Shown: piece after piece, positions 1 to 8,895 of the stretch
Numbering within the stretch: the first letter of the stretch is position 1
Layout: every line of letters starts with the position of its first letter
Source: Promethearchaeota archaeon
Lineage (GTDB): Archaea > Asgardarchaeota > Lokiarchaeia > Sigyniarchaeales > SOKP01
Length of the DNA: 33,258 nucleotides
Direction of reading: 5' to 3'
NCBI GenBank assembly: GCA_048940645.1
Contig: JBHLOI010000041.1
Coordinates: 1-33,258 of the forward strand
Notes under the pieces: generated by a model
What the model saw: the letters and a program-made list of their open reading frames with translations, nothing else
Told to the model about the DNA's origin: nothing
Databases searched by the model: none
Translations under genes and position numbers: made by a program

Positions 1-486
1 AGTTACATGGAAGCCACATATAAAAGGAAAATCACTCAGACGTGAGTGTATTCCTTCCATTTTCGAAACAATTATTAAATTCCCCTCATCAAATAAATTC
101 TTTTTAAATCCTCTAATATCACTTAATCGAACAGCACCAGCATCATCTAAAGAAGTTGGGGATAAAAATGCCTTATATTCGGTTTCTGATAATTCTGCAA
201 TTAATTTATGAACAAAAAAATCCCCTGCACCACGACAACCAACACCTTGCTTGCCCACAGATACATTAGAACTGTTTATTTCTAATAATTCCTTTATAAA
301 AGGATCTTCTACAGATTTCAGATCGCTTTTTTTACATTCTTCTAAAATTGCTTTTGCATATTTAGAAGCTAAATCCTCATCGATAATTTTAAAATCAATA
401 TATTCTTGGATCAATCTTTTAATAATCTCTTCATCAGTATTTCCCTTTTTTAATAAATTCCGAGTTAAACCTTCTAAATCACTCAA
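1..486 (-). CDS. AIR synthase/HypE-related protein (archaeal PurM-like family), truncated by the window edge; absent from the ORF track
   Basis: Manual translation from TTG at 486 (GTGAGG upstream): MSDLEGLTRNLL...VGKQGVGCRGAGDFFVHKLIAE...LDDAGAV...MEGIHSRLSDFPFICGFHVT, open to position 1; these motifs match archaeal AIRS/HypE-like proteins. Confidence 0.8.
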   Translation of the reverse strand, partial: MSDLEGLTRNLLKKGNTDEEIIKRLIQEYIDFKIIDEDLASKYAKAILEECKKSDLKSVEDPFIKELLEINSSNVSVGKQGVGCRGAGDFFVHKLIAELSETEYKAFLSPTSLDDAGAVRLSDIRGFKKNLFDEGNLIIVSKMEGIHSRLSDFPFICGFHVT

Positions 487-569
487 TTTCCTCACATTCA
501 AATATGTCCCATTAAGAATTTAGTTCAATAAAAAAAAAACATAAAATAACAATATTATGAAAAAAAACA

Positions 570-947
570 TTAAACATTAATTGTATTAATTACTTTTTCA
601 ATATTATTAAATAATCTTTTTAAGGTAAAGGGTTTCTCTTTAAAACTTATTACTCCAATAGAAAGAGCTAGTTCCTTAATTGTTTGGTCAGCACTAGCAA
701 AAATTATTTTTGGTTTATATTCACTCGAGTCTTCTAAAATTTCTTTAGATGCATCAATTCCATTTTTAACAGGCATTCTATGATCCATAATGATAATATC
801 TGGCTTCTCTGAAAAATTATCATACATTTTAACAGCTTCATCTCCATCTTTAGCTAAACCAATTATATCATAACCATTTAGACTCAATGCTTTCTCATAG
901 AGTTTTCTTAATGAGAGATCATCTTCCACGATAAAAATTTTTACTAT
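570..947 (-). CDS. Stand-alone response regulator receiver domain (CheY-like)
   Basis: KIFIVEDD...IIIMDHRMPVKNG...FASA...KPF receiver motifs. The ORF track starts at GTG 929, but beta-strand 1 lies upstream; probable start is ATA at 947 behind AGGTGG. Confidence 0.88.
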   Translation of the reverse strand: MVKIFIVEDDLSLRKLYEKALSLNGYDIIGLAKDGDEAVKMYDNFSEKPDIIIMDHRMPVKNGIDASKEILEDSSEYKPKIIFASADQTIKELALSIGVISFKEKPFTLKRLFNNIEKVINTINV

Positions 948-1217
948 TTCAAACCACCTATTAATATAATGGAATCTTTAAGCATAAAAATCAAATATAA
1001 ATGAAATCAAATGATCTTTGACATATCTGTTAATAGATATGTGGTATAAAAACTACTAATTATGATATAAGATTACTTTTTTTATAATAATTTGTCTGCG
1101 TAATATAATTTCTTTTTTCTAAGGATAAATAATTCTTAACTGAATCTTAATCATTATACTATATTTAAATTATTTTGAAAATTCTAATTCATAGTTCTAA
1201 ATTTTAAATATTTAATC

Positions 1218-2231
1218 ATGAAAATTAGAATAACTGCTCCGTGTAGGATACACCTTTCACTGATTGATGAAAACGGATACACTGGTAGAGTAGATGGGGG
1301 AATTGGCCTAATGTTAGATCGCCCTAATGTTGTCTTTGAAGCAACTAATAATGCCAAAGAATTTAAAATAGAGGCCCATAAATATTATCGAGAATCAATA
1401 GAGGTTATCAATGAAAAAGCCTCAAAAGTATTTAAACTATTTAATATTAGCAATAAAAATTTTCATTTCAATCTAAAACGTTATTATCCTAGTCATGTAG
1501 GTTTAGGTTCAAAGACCCAATTATCTTTAGCAATTGCTATTGCTATTATTCTATTAAAAAATTTTAATCAAGTAACAATAAAAGAATTAACTAAAATTGT
1601 AGAAAGAGGGGGAACTTCTGGAATCGGTTGGCGCGGTTTTGATAAGGGAGGCTTTATTTTAGATGCGGGGCATGATTTTGGAAAGGGAAAAGAAAAAGAA
1701 ACTTTTTTGCCCTCTTCAGCCTCAAAATCTGCTGATCCTGCTCTGACAATTATTAGATATCCTATCCCAGAACATTGGAGATTTGTGCTTGTTATCCCAA
1801 ATATAGGAAAAGGAGCATACGGCGATGAGGAGATAAGTATATTTCAGAACTATGCACCAATTCCGAAAGAAGAAGTAAATGAAGTTTCTCATCAAATTTT
1901 AATGAAAGTTATCCCTGGAATAATAAAACAGGATTTAGAATGTTTTGGGGAAGGTATAAAAAGAATTCAGAATATTGGTTTTAAAAAAATTGAAATTAGT
2001 CTACAACACAATATTGTAAAAAGTATATTGAATTTTTTCGAAGAATATGGATTGAAAGCTTATGGTATGTCATCTTTTGGGCCTAGCGTAATAGGAATAA
2101 CTGAATCTGAATCTGAAGCTAATAATTTATTAAAACAAGTTCAAATACGATTGAAAGGAACAGGAGGACATATATATATTTGTAAACCTAACAACTATGG
2201 AGCTAAAATTGAATATTTAGATGATGATTAA
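1218..2231 (+). CDS. mptG: Beta-ribofuranosylaminobenzene 5'-phosphate (beta-RFA-P) synthase, GHMP family
   Basis: PCRIHLSLID..GRVDGGIG, HVGLGSKTQL, RGGTSGIG..GGFILDAGH and GMSSFGP motifs. Confidence 0.92.
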   Translation: MKIRITAPCRIHLSLIDENGYTGRVDGGIGLMLDRPNVVFEATNNAKEFKIEAHKYYRESIEVINEKASKVFKLFNISNKNFHFNLKRYYPSHVGLGSKTQLSLAIAIAIILLKNFNQVTIKELTKIVERGGTSGIGWRGFDKGGFILDAGHDFGKGKEKETFLPSSASKSADPALTIIRYPIPEHWRFVLVIPNIGKGAYGDEEISIFQNYAPIPKEEVNEVSHQILMKVIPGIIKQDLECFGEGIKRIQNIGFKKIEISLQHNIVKSILNFFEEYGLKAYGMSSFGPSVIGITESESEANNLLKQVQIRLKGTGGHIYICKPNNYGAKIEYLDDD

Positions 2232-2617
2232 TGTCAATAAATAATCATGAAAAGTTATTTTGTTCTGATCTGTCTGAAAGAGAAAGAGCTTGCTTTGAAA
2301 TAGGAATCAAATTAGGTGCACTTTATCATATATTATCCGGGCTTCCTATATCCTCAAATAAAGACACTATTAATTCTATTGAGAGAGGAATCGAAGCTTC
2401 TATATCTTGCCAACCATATGTTAAGAGTGTTAAAATAAAACTGGATAAAAATAAAATAATGGGAGATAAATCAACTGAATTTGCATATGATGAAATCTCA
2501 GGTAAAATAATTAAAGCAGCGATCGAAGTTGAATATAAATCAGTAAAAGTCCTAGCGAAAGTTGAGTGGATAGAAAAACTTGAATATCCATTAATGTATA
2601 TTGAAAAAATTACTTAA
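2231..2617 (+). CDS. mptD: Archaeal dihydroneopterin aldolase
   Basis: ERACFEIGIKLGALYH..G.P, QPYV and C-terminal YPLMYI motifs; TAATG stop/start coupling to mptG. Confidence 0.88.
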   Translation: MSINNHEKLFCSDLSERERACFEIGIKLGALYHILSGLPISSNKDTINSIERGIEASISCQPYVKSVKIKLDKNKIMGDKSTEFAYDEISGKIIKAAIEVEYKSVKVLAKVEWIEKLEYPLMYIEKIT

Positions 2618-3324
2618 ATGGATGATTTTAACTTAAAAATATATTCTTCTATAAGTTCTATAGCTTTAAATGCATCTTGATTTTTACCAAATCGTCTTAC
2701 ATTCTTAATATTTTCTTCGATTTTATTTCGAAAATCTGTAATTAAATCTTTATTATGTTTTTCAATGGCAATCTTCAACCTTGTGGTCAAAATTAATGTT
2801 TCTAAAGTTAAATTTTCAGCTCTATTAAAGAGTTTATAAGATTCTTTAATTTTTACCAGTGATAAAATATTTAATATAAATTTGGAAAGATTAATTTTTC
2901 CAAAAGTATCTTTCCTAGTATACTGTGATTCTTTTTTAATCTCGCAAAAGATTGTTGCCCACGCTTGATTAATATATGGAATTTTACTTATTGAATTATT
3001 AGACTTTTTAATGTCATAATAATTATAATATTCTATAGGGAAAATTCTATACTTTTCAGAGAGATGTAGTCCCTTCAGTGCTGCTAATGCATACAAAAAT
3101 ATATTTTCTACAAAATTTATGCAAATCAGAGAATTTTGTTTTAAGTTTTTATAAGTATTCGTATTAGGATAAGGCTCAATGCTTATTTCATTATTGTCAA
3201 TTATTCTAATTCCCATACACGACGTATTCGGAATAAGTTCATTTCTTTTAATTGAAAAGGTAGTAGCTAATATTTCATATAAATAACCTTTTTTAAGTCC
3301 AAGTTCTTGAATATTTCCATTCAT
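2614..3324 (-). CDS. DUF447 family protein (split-barrel, pterin-cluster associated)
   Basis: YEILATT...PN..CMGI...YPNTNTYKNL...FNRAENL.LE..I..TR pattern; pterin gene context. Confidence 0.75.
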   Translation of the reverse strand: MNGNIQELGLKKGYLYEILATTFSIKRNELIPNTSCMGIRIIDNNEISIEPYPNTNTYKNLKQNSLICINFVENIFLYALAALKGLHLSEKYRIFPIEYYNYYDIKKSNNSISKIPYINQAWATIFCEIKKESQYTRKDTFGKINLSKFILNILSLVKIKESYKLFNRAENLTLETLILTTRLKIAIEKHNKDLITDFRNKIEENIKNVRRFGKNQDAFKAIELIEEYIFKLKSSI

Positions 3325-3426
3325 TAATTAATTCAACTTTAAAAATAAACAGAATCTATAATTTACTCTAAATTCTTAAGCTAAAAAACTTTCTAAAATA
3401 ATATTTTGTTAATAAAAAAAAAGAAT

Positions 3427-3960
3427 TTATTTGAGTCTCTGTTCAGATAAATTAAGATGATCAGATTCTACCTCTACAAATGCTTCGAAAATCTCTTTCA
3501 CACGAGGATTTGAAGATTCAGATGCAGCTTGAGTATAAAATTTTATTGCTCTCTCTTCTCGAGAATGTGATTCTTCAAGATTAGGTTTATATTCAGAAGC
3601 ACATGCATCATATTTTGGTAGTTCCAATTTATCTAATTTAAGTATTTTTTTCCAGACAGAAGCATGTTCATTTTCTACTTTTGCTAAGATTTTAAATAAT
3701 TTTTGACCCTCGAGATTTGGAGTCTTATTACTTGCGCATTTATAGAAAATTGTATTAGATACCTCAACTTCTAAAGCCCTTTCAGCATTAGTTCGATCCT
3801 TATCATTAAGTTCAACATCCCAATCACCTGTGTCATCATAATCTTTAGCTTTGACCATATACTTTTTATAAGCCCCACAAAACGGACAACGACTTGGAGC
3901 CTTTTCCCCAATGTAAGCTTCTCCACAAATTTTACAGACAAATACATTTACAATAGTAAT
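3427..3960 (-). CDS. Rubrerythrin-like protein: N-terminal rubredoxin domain plus ferritin-like four-helix bundle
   Basis: In-frame CKICGEAYIGEKAPSRCPFCG upstream of the ORF-track ATG (3858); ALEVE, VENEH, REERA and VESDH diiron motifs; probable ATT start at 3960. Confidence 0.88.
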   Translation of the reverse strand: MTIVNVFVCKICGEAYIGEKAPSRCPFCGAYKKYMVKAKDYDDTGDWDVELNDKDRTNAERALEVEVSNTIFYKCASNKTPNLEGQKLFKILAKVENEHASVWKKILKLDKLELPKYDACASEYKPNLEESHSREERAIKFYTQAASESSNPRVKEIFEAFVEVESDHLNLSEQRLK

Positions 3961-4155
3961 TTTTTACACCCTAAATTTATATTTTTAATTATATTTATTT
4001 ATAATTTTAAAAATTCTAAGATTTAATTTAAATTTTAAGTTATAGAACTTTTAAGGTATTTAATTTCTTAAGCGATAGTGTTAAACTAATAAATATAAAA
4101 AGAATTGTTGTACTTTCATATATAGATAATTTCAAAAATATCTGATTTTAGTAGA

Positions 4156-5274
4156 ATGAGAAGATCTATATCTCAGCTCAATGTGAAAGTCGTAGGCATA
4201 GATCCTGGTTCACTTAGTTGGGATTTTTTTGGATTAGATAGCGATGAAATTATATTAGACGCTTCTATTCCTTCAAGAGAATTAATAAAAGAACCAAATA
4301 AAGCTATTTCTATCATTAAATCTATTGAAAATATTGATTTGATGGTTGCTCCAAGTGGATTTGGACTTCCTCTCAAAAAGGTCAATGAATTGACTGAAAA
4401 AGATATTTTTTTTACTCTTTTGAAATTTAATAAAGAAGATAAAAATAAATTAATAGGTTTAGGTGAAGTCTTACGCCTAATAAAGTCTGAAAAAATTCCT
4501 GGAGTAATTGTTCCTGGTGTCAAACATTTGCCCACCATTCCACGGTATAGAAAGATCAATAAAGTAGATATGGGTACAGCCGATAAGCTATGCTCCACAG
4601 TTACAGGAATTAGGGATCAAATGGAAAGATTAAATATTGGTCCTGAAAAAACTAATTTTATTATGGTCGAGATAGGGTACGGCTTTACAGCAGTTTTAGC
4701 AATAGAAAATGGTCAAATAATTGATGGGATTGGTGGATCCAATATTATGGGATTTAGAGCATGTGGTAGCCTTGATGGAGAACTTGCTTATCTTATTAAA
4801 ACAATTCAAAAGAAGAATATTTACAAGGGTGGAGTATCATATATTGCTGGATATGAAGATCTAAGTATAAAAGAAATTGCCTTATTAGCTGAAAGAGATG
4901 AACAAACCAATATTGCCCTGAATGCATACATTTCTAGTGTTAAGAAAGCAGTTTATGCGATCTCTTCTTCATTCTCTGAAAAACAGAAGATAAAGGAAAT
5001 TCTTATAGCAGGGAGAGGAGCTGATTTAAAGTATTTAAGAGAGAAGATTTTAGTAAATCTAAATGATATTGCTCCTGTGAAATTGATGAAATCATATAGT
5101 CACTTATCAAAACATGCTGCCCAAGGTGCTGCCTTCATAGCGAATGGATTGTTAGGAGGAAGATTTAAACCAATAATAGATAATTTAAAAATAAAAGAAG
5201 CGACAGGTTCAATTTTAGATGATATTTATATTCCATTTGATAAAAAAAAATTATTAAGTGATTTAAATTCCTAA
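4156..5274 (+). CDS. DUF1464 family ASKHA-fold (butyrate/acetate kinase-like) protein
   Basis: GIDPGS.SWD, APSGFG, NKVDMGTADK, GSLDGELAY and AAQGAAFIANG motifs; the start may be GTG at 4183. Confidence 0.85.
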   Translation: MRRSISQLNVKVVGIDPGSLSWDFFGLDSDEIILDASIPSRELIKEPNKAISIIKSIENIDLMVAPSGFGLPLKKVNELTEKDIFFTLLKFNKEDKNKLIGLGEVLRLIKSEKIPGVIVPGVKHLPTIPRYRKINKVDMGTADKLCSTVTGIRDQMERLNIGPEKTNFIMVEIGYGFTAVLAIENGQIIDGIGGSNIMGFRACGSLDGELAYLIKTIQKKNIYKGGVSYIAGYEDLSIKEIALLAERDEQTNIALNAYISSVKKAVYAISSSFSEKQKIKEILIAGRGADLKYLREKILVNLNDIAPVKLMKSYSHLSKHAAQGAAFIANGLLGGRFKPIIDNLKIKEATGSILDDIYIPFDKKKLLSDLNS

Positions 5275-6841
5275 AATTCTAATCATTACCGGTTTGAATA
5301 GTTATCCTCTAATAAAAAAAATAGTAAAACCTATCAAGAATTTAGAAATTGAAGTTTATAAAGCTCAGATTTCAATTTCAGCATTTCTATCAGAGGAGAT
5401 GGTAGATCAAATCATCTCTGAAATCCCAAGTTCTGATTATGAATTAATTTTACTTCCTGGTTTTGTACAATGGGATAGTACCTTATTAGAAAGGAAATAT
5501 TCCCTCAAAGTACGAAAAGGTCCTGAATTTGCCTCAGATTTACCAGTAGTCTTTGAAAACCTACAAAGTATTAATTTATCAAATAGAATTCCTGCTAATA
5601 AACTTATTGAGATTTCTGGTGAAAAAGAATATCAAGAAATCATTATAGAACAATATGAGATCGCAAAAAAGAATATATCTCATCACACGTTCTACATTAA
5701 TGAAAAAAAATCAGATCTGATAATAGGACGTAATTTACCTCCCCCCGTTATTGCTGAAATCGTTAACTGTACAGAGAGGAGTGATAAAAACATACTTAAA
5801 AAAGTAAAACACTATGTAGAATCTGGTGCTGATATTATAGATCTTGGTTGTGTTTCGAATAAACCTAATCCAAATAGAATTAAAGAAATTATTAACCTTA
5901 TCAGAAAAAATTTTAATATTTTAATTAGCATAGATTCAATGGAAAAAAATGAGATTTTTGCCGCAGTTGATGAAGACATTGATATGATTCTTAGTCTTGA
6001 TGCTGGAAACTATAAAACTTATTTGAGTTTACCTAAAGATATCCCTATAGTAATTTTACCCACAAACGTTAAAGCAGCCTATTTCCCTAATGAACCAGAA
6101 ACAAGAGTGAAAATATTATTTGAATTGATTAATGAACTTCATAACCATGGCTTCCAGAAATTAATTGCTGATCCATTATTAGAAACACCTATTTCTCCAG
6201 GAATTTGTAATTCTTTAGAAACCTACTTTTTATATAAAAAGAAAGTGACTAAAGAAAATTACACCAAATACGAATTACCGATGTTCTTTGGAATTTCAAA
6301 TGTGGTAGAACTAATGGATATCGATTCTGTTGGTATTAACGGGCTTTTGGCAAGTATTGCAATTGAATTAGATATGGGTGTTGTTTTCACTGTTGAGCAT
6401 AGCACTAAATTAATGGGAGGTGTAAGAGAGCTAAAAGATTGTATTAAGCTCAATTACTTAGCAAAAAATAAAAAGATGCCTCCGATAAATTTAGGAATTA
6501 GTATTTTTAAAGCTAAAAAGAAGAAATCCCAAAAAACACCGAAAATTGATCAAGAGGAAGCTATTATGGTAAAGGAAATAAATCTAGATTATTATCCTGA
6601 TAAAAAAGGGTATTTTAGGATATATATTAACCATTATGCTAAGAAAATATATGTATTATTTTATTCTAATGAACGTAAATTAGATCAAGTTTTTATAGGA
6701 AATGATGCAGAGTCTCTAAGTAAAAAAATTATTCAATTTAAACTAACTGATAATTTATATCATATAAATTACTTGGGAAGAGAGTTAAATAAAGCAGAGA
6801 ATTGCTTACTTATGGGTAAATCTTATATTCAAGATGAATAA
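5267..6841 (+). CDS. Dihydropteroate synthase-like protein (methanopterin-associated) with a C-terminal DUF4346-like domain
   Basis: KILIITG N-terminus, ILLPG, IAEIV, GADIIDLG, ISIDS, IADPLL, GISNVVELMDIDSVGINGLLA, D.KGYFRI and HINYLGREL.KAE motifs. ORF track gives TTG 5294; probable start is ATT at 5267. Confidence 0.87.
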   Translation: MPKILIITGLNSYPLIKKIVKPIKNLEIEVYKAQISISAFLSEEMVDQIISEIPSSDYELILLPGFVQWDSTLLERKYSLKVRKGPEFASDLPVVFENLQSINLSNRIPANKLIEISGEKEYQEIIIEQYEIAKKNISHHTFYINEKKSDLIIGRNLPPPVIAEIVNCTERSDKNILKKVKHYVESGADIIDLGCVSNKPNPNRIKEIINLIRKNFNILISIDSMEKNEIFAAVDEDIDMILSLDAGNYKTYLSLPKDIPIVILPTNVKAAYFPNEPETRVKILFELINELHNHGFQKLIADPLLETPISPGICNSLETYFLYKKKVTKENYTKYELPMFFGISNVVELMDIDSVGINGLLASIAIELDMGVVFTVEHSTKLMGGVRELKDCIKLNYLAKNKKMPPINLGISIFKAKKKKSQKTPKIDQEEAIMVKEINLDYYPDKKGYFRIYINHYAKKIYVLFYSNERKLDQVFIGNDAESLSKKIIQFKLTDNLYHINYLGRELNKAENCLLMGKSYIQDE

Positions 6842-6844
6842 CTA

Positions 6845-8749
6845 CTAAGATAATATTTCATCAATAATCCTTCCCTGAGACTCCGCCGGTTTTGGAATTT
6901 GGAGAAGATGGGCTAAGGTTGGAGCAACATCTATTAGATTAACTATTTTATTTAATTTAATTCCACTTTCTATGCCAGGACCATTCAAAATTAATGGAGC
7001 ACTAACAGTATAATTACCAAGTTTAGCATTAGGAAGATAATAAGCATGTGCAGCACAATTTACTTGAACGGGGTAAGCTTCTGGTTTCTTTAAGAGATCT
7101 GCCGGTTGTTCAGCAGGGTTTAACTTTTCTAATCTGTAGTCGAATAATTGATAAGACGGATTTAAAAAGTAGATAACGTCCCCAACTCTATCACCATTTT
7201 GACCCAAATCTTCAGCATCTTCCTTCTTAAGTGCGAGATTAATAATATTTTTCCCTGTATCTGGATCTTTTAATTGGTAAAGAGCTTCAATTATTTCATC
7301 TCTAACTGATTCATACTCATTAGAATTTACGATGCCCTGTGGGTCTCTTCCTTTTAGATTAACCCATATATATGGTGGTTCTAAATAAGGAAATGCTTTT
7401 GTTTTTTTCCAATCTAAAATGTAGTTTTTATTATTATCGTCTAATTTATAAGTTAATAAGTTATTTCTAATTAGAGTAGGTAAAGGATTTGCAACTCTCC
7501 ATGAGGGCATAGCACCATGATCGGAAAGAAGAACTACAATTGTTTCCTTATCTACACAAGACTCCATTAATAACTTTGTTAACTCATCTATAATTTTATA
7601 GGCGGTTTTAATATGCTGTCGAGCTTTTTTAGCTTTTTTTTCTGTAAATAATGGAGATTTTTCATATAGATATCCTAATGTCATATGGTTCACACTGTCC
7701 AATATATGAATATGAAAAAAACAAATATCCCAATCCATATAATTTTTCATAAATTTTATTGTATTTGCGAGAGTCAATGCTTCTTTTCTTGCTAATGATA
7801 AGAATTTTGGTATCTTACCTGAAATCATGTAATCTACTTTTTGTACCCTAGGGAGTTTATAAATAATAGCATTTCGAATAATTCTTTCTCCTAAAATTTC
7901 AGGATTAGTCCAGCCTTTTATATTATATAAATTAGTAAATTGAAGCTGTAAATTATTTCCATCAGGTGATATGTCTTTAATTTTTAATTTAAAAAGGCAA
8001 GGAAGTATCCCATAAATAGTAGAAATATCTCGCGAGATCCATTCACTCCATTCATCAATTTTTAGGATATGCCAAACTTTTCTCTTATTTAATTGAATCG
8101 CCAGAGAATTATAACCAGAACCTTCAGTGTCGATCAAATATGCTTTTAAAGGGTGAAACTCTCTAATATTTTTATTTTTTATTACTATTGAAATTTGAAG
8201 GTGTGGAGATAAGCTCTTTATATCTTCTTCTACTTCCTCAGCTAATTTTATTCTTAGAGATTTAATTGAGGCATCATTAGCGTATTTCATGGTGAAAGCT
8301 AAAGTTAGCTCCCTAGGGAGCGATTCAGGTAAAGGCCAAGTTAAGAGACTAATTCCGCCATTTTTTAAATTTCCGGGCCATCCTCCTGGATAATTTAACA
8401 CAAAAGATTTTAGTCTATTTTTATCAGCAACATCCCAAAAGTATTCTGCGTTACAGTATTTAGATAATGACGTCCTTGATCGAATTTTTAATCCATAATC
8501 TAAAGGTTCTCCTGGGATATGCATATAAAAACTTGTAGCTCCATGGATAGCTGTAGTGGCTCCAGTAGCAATTGTTGTCCAATTAGTAGGCGTGTCGCAA
8601 GGAGGGCATGAATAAGCTTCAGCCATCACTCCACCATCAATTAGAGCACCAATGTTAGGGATTAGACCCTCATTATAAAACTTTTTCAAAAGATAAGGTA
8701 TTGCTTGATCTATCCCTATTAATAAAAGTTTTTTAGGTGATATCGCCAT
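6845..8749 (-). CDS. Alkaline phosphatase superfamily protein (nucleotide pyrophosphatase/phosphodiesterase type)
   Basis: LIGIDQA, TPTNWTTIATG (Thr nucleophile), DSVNH, SDHG, VNLKGRDPQGIV and DVAPT motifs. Confidence 0.88.
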   Translation of the reverse strand: MAISPKKLLLIGIDQAIPYLLKKFYNEGLIPNIGALIDGGVMAEAYSCPPCDTPTNWTTIATGATTAIHGATSFYMHIPGEPLDYGLKIRSRTSLSKYCNAEYFWDVADKNRLKSFVLNYPGGWPGNLKNGGISLLTWPLPESLPRELTLAFTMKYANDASIKSLRIKLAEEVEEDIKSLSPHLQISIVIKNKNIREFHPLKAYLIDTEGSGYNSLAIQLNKRKVWHILKIDEWSEWISRDISTIYGILPCLFKLKIKDISPDGNNLQLQFTNLYNIKGWTNPEILGERIIRNAIIYKLPRVQKVDYMISGKIPKFLSLARKEALTLANTIKFMKNYMDWDICFFHIHILDSVNHMTLGYLYEKSPLFTEKKAKKARQHIKTAYKIIDELTKLLMESCVDKETIVVLLSDHGAMPSWRVANPLPTLIRNNLLTYKLDDNNKNYILDWKKTKAFPYLEPPYIWVNLKGRDPQGIVNSNEYESVRDEIIEALYQLKDPDTGKNIINLALKKEDAEDLGQNGDRVGDVIYFLNPSYQLFDYRLEKLNPAEQPADLLKKPEAYPVQVNCAAHAYYLPNAKLGNYTVSAPLILNGPGIESGIKLNKIVNLIDVAPTLAHLLQIPKPAESQGRIIDEILS

Positions 8750-8846
8750 AAATAACTTTTATTTATTAAAACCTAAATTAATTTCTATTTATATTTAAAT
8801 CATTAAAATTTAAAACCAGACAGTTTTAAATTAGAAAGACTCATAT

Positions 8847-8880
8847 TAGTAAACATATACTTATAGTAAACCTATACTTT
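8847..8880. promoter_or_regulatory. Tandem 17-bp direct repeat, each unit containing AGTA-N6-TACT; candidate operator
   Basis: TAGTAAACATATACTTA followed by TAGTAAACCTATACTTT (15/17 identical) just upstream of the GDH-CBS start, in a divergent intergenic region. Confidence 0.45.
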
Positions 8881-8895
8881 AAATGGATTTAGATT

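Noticed and set aside
251-523. ORF-track 90-aa plus-strand ORF
   Set aside because: Antisense shadow of the AIRS/HypE-like gene
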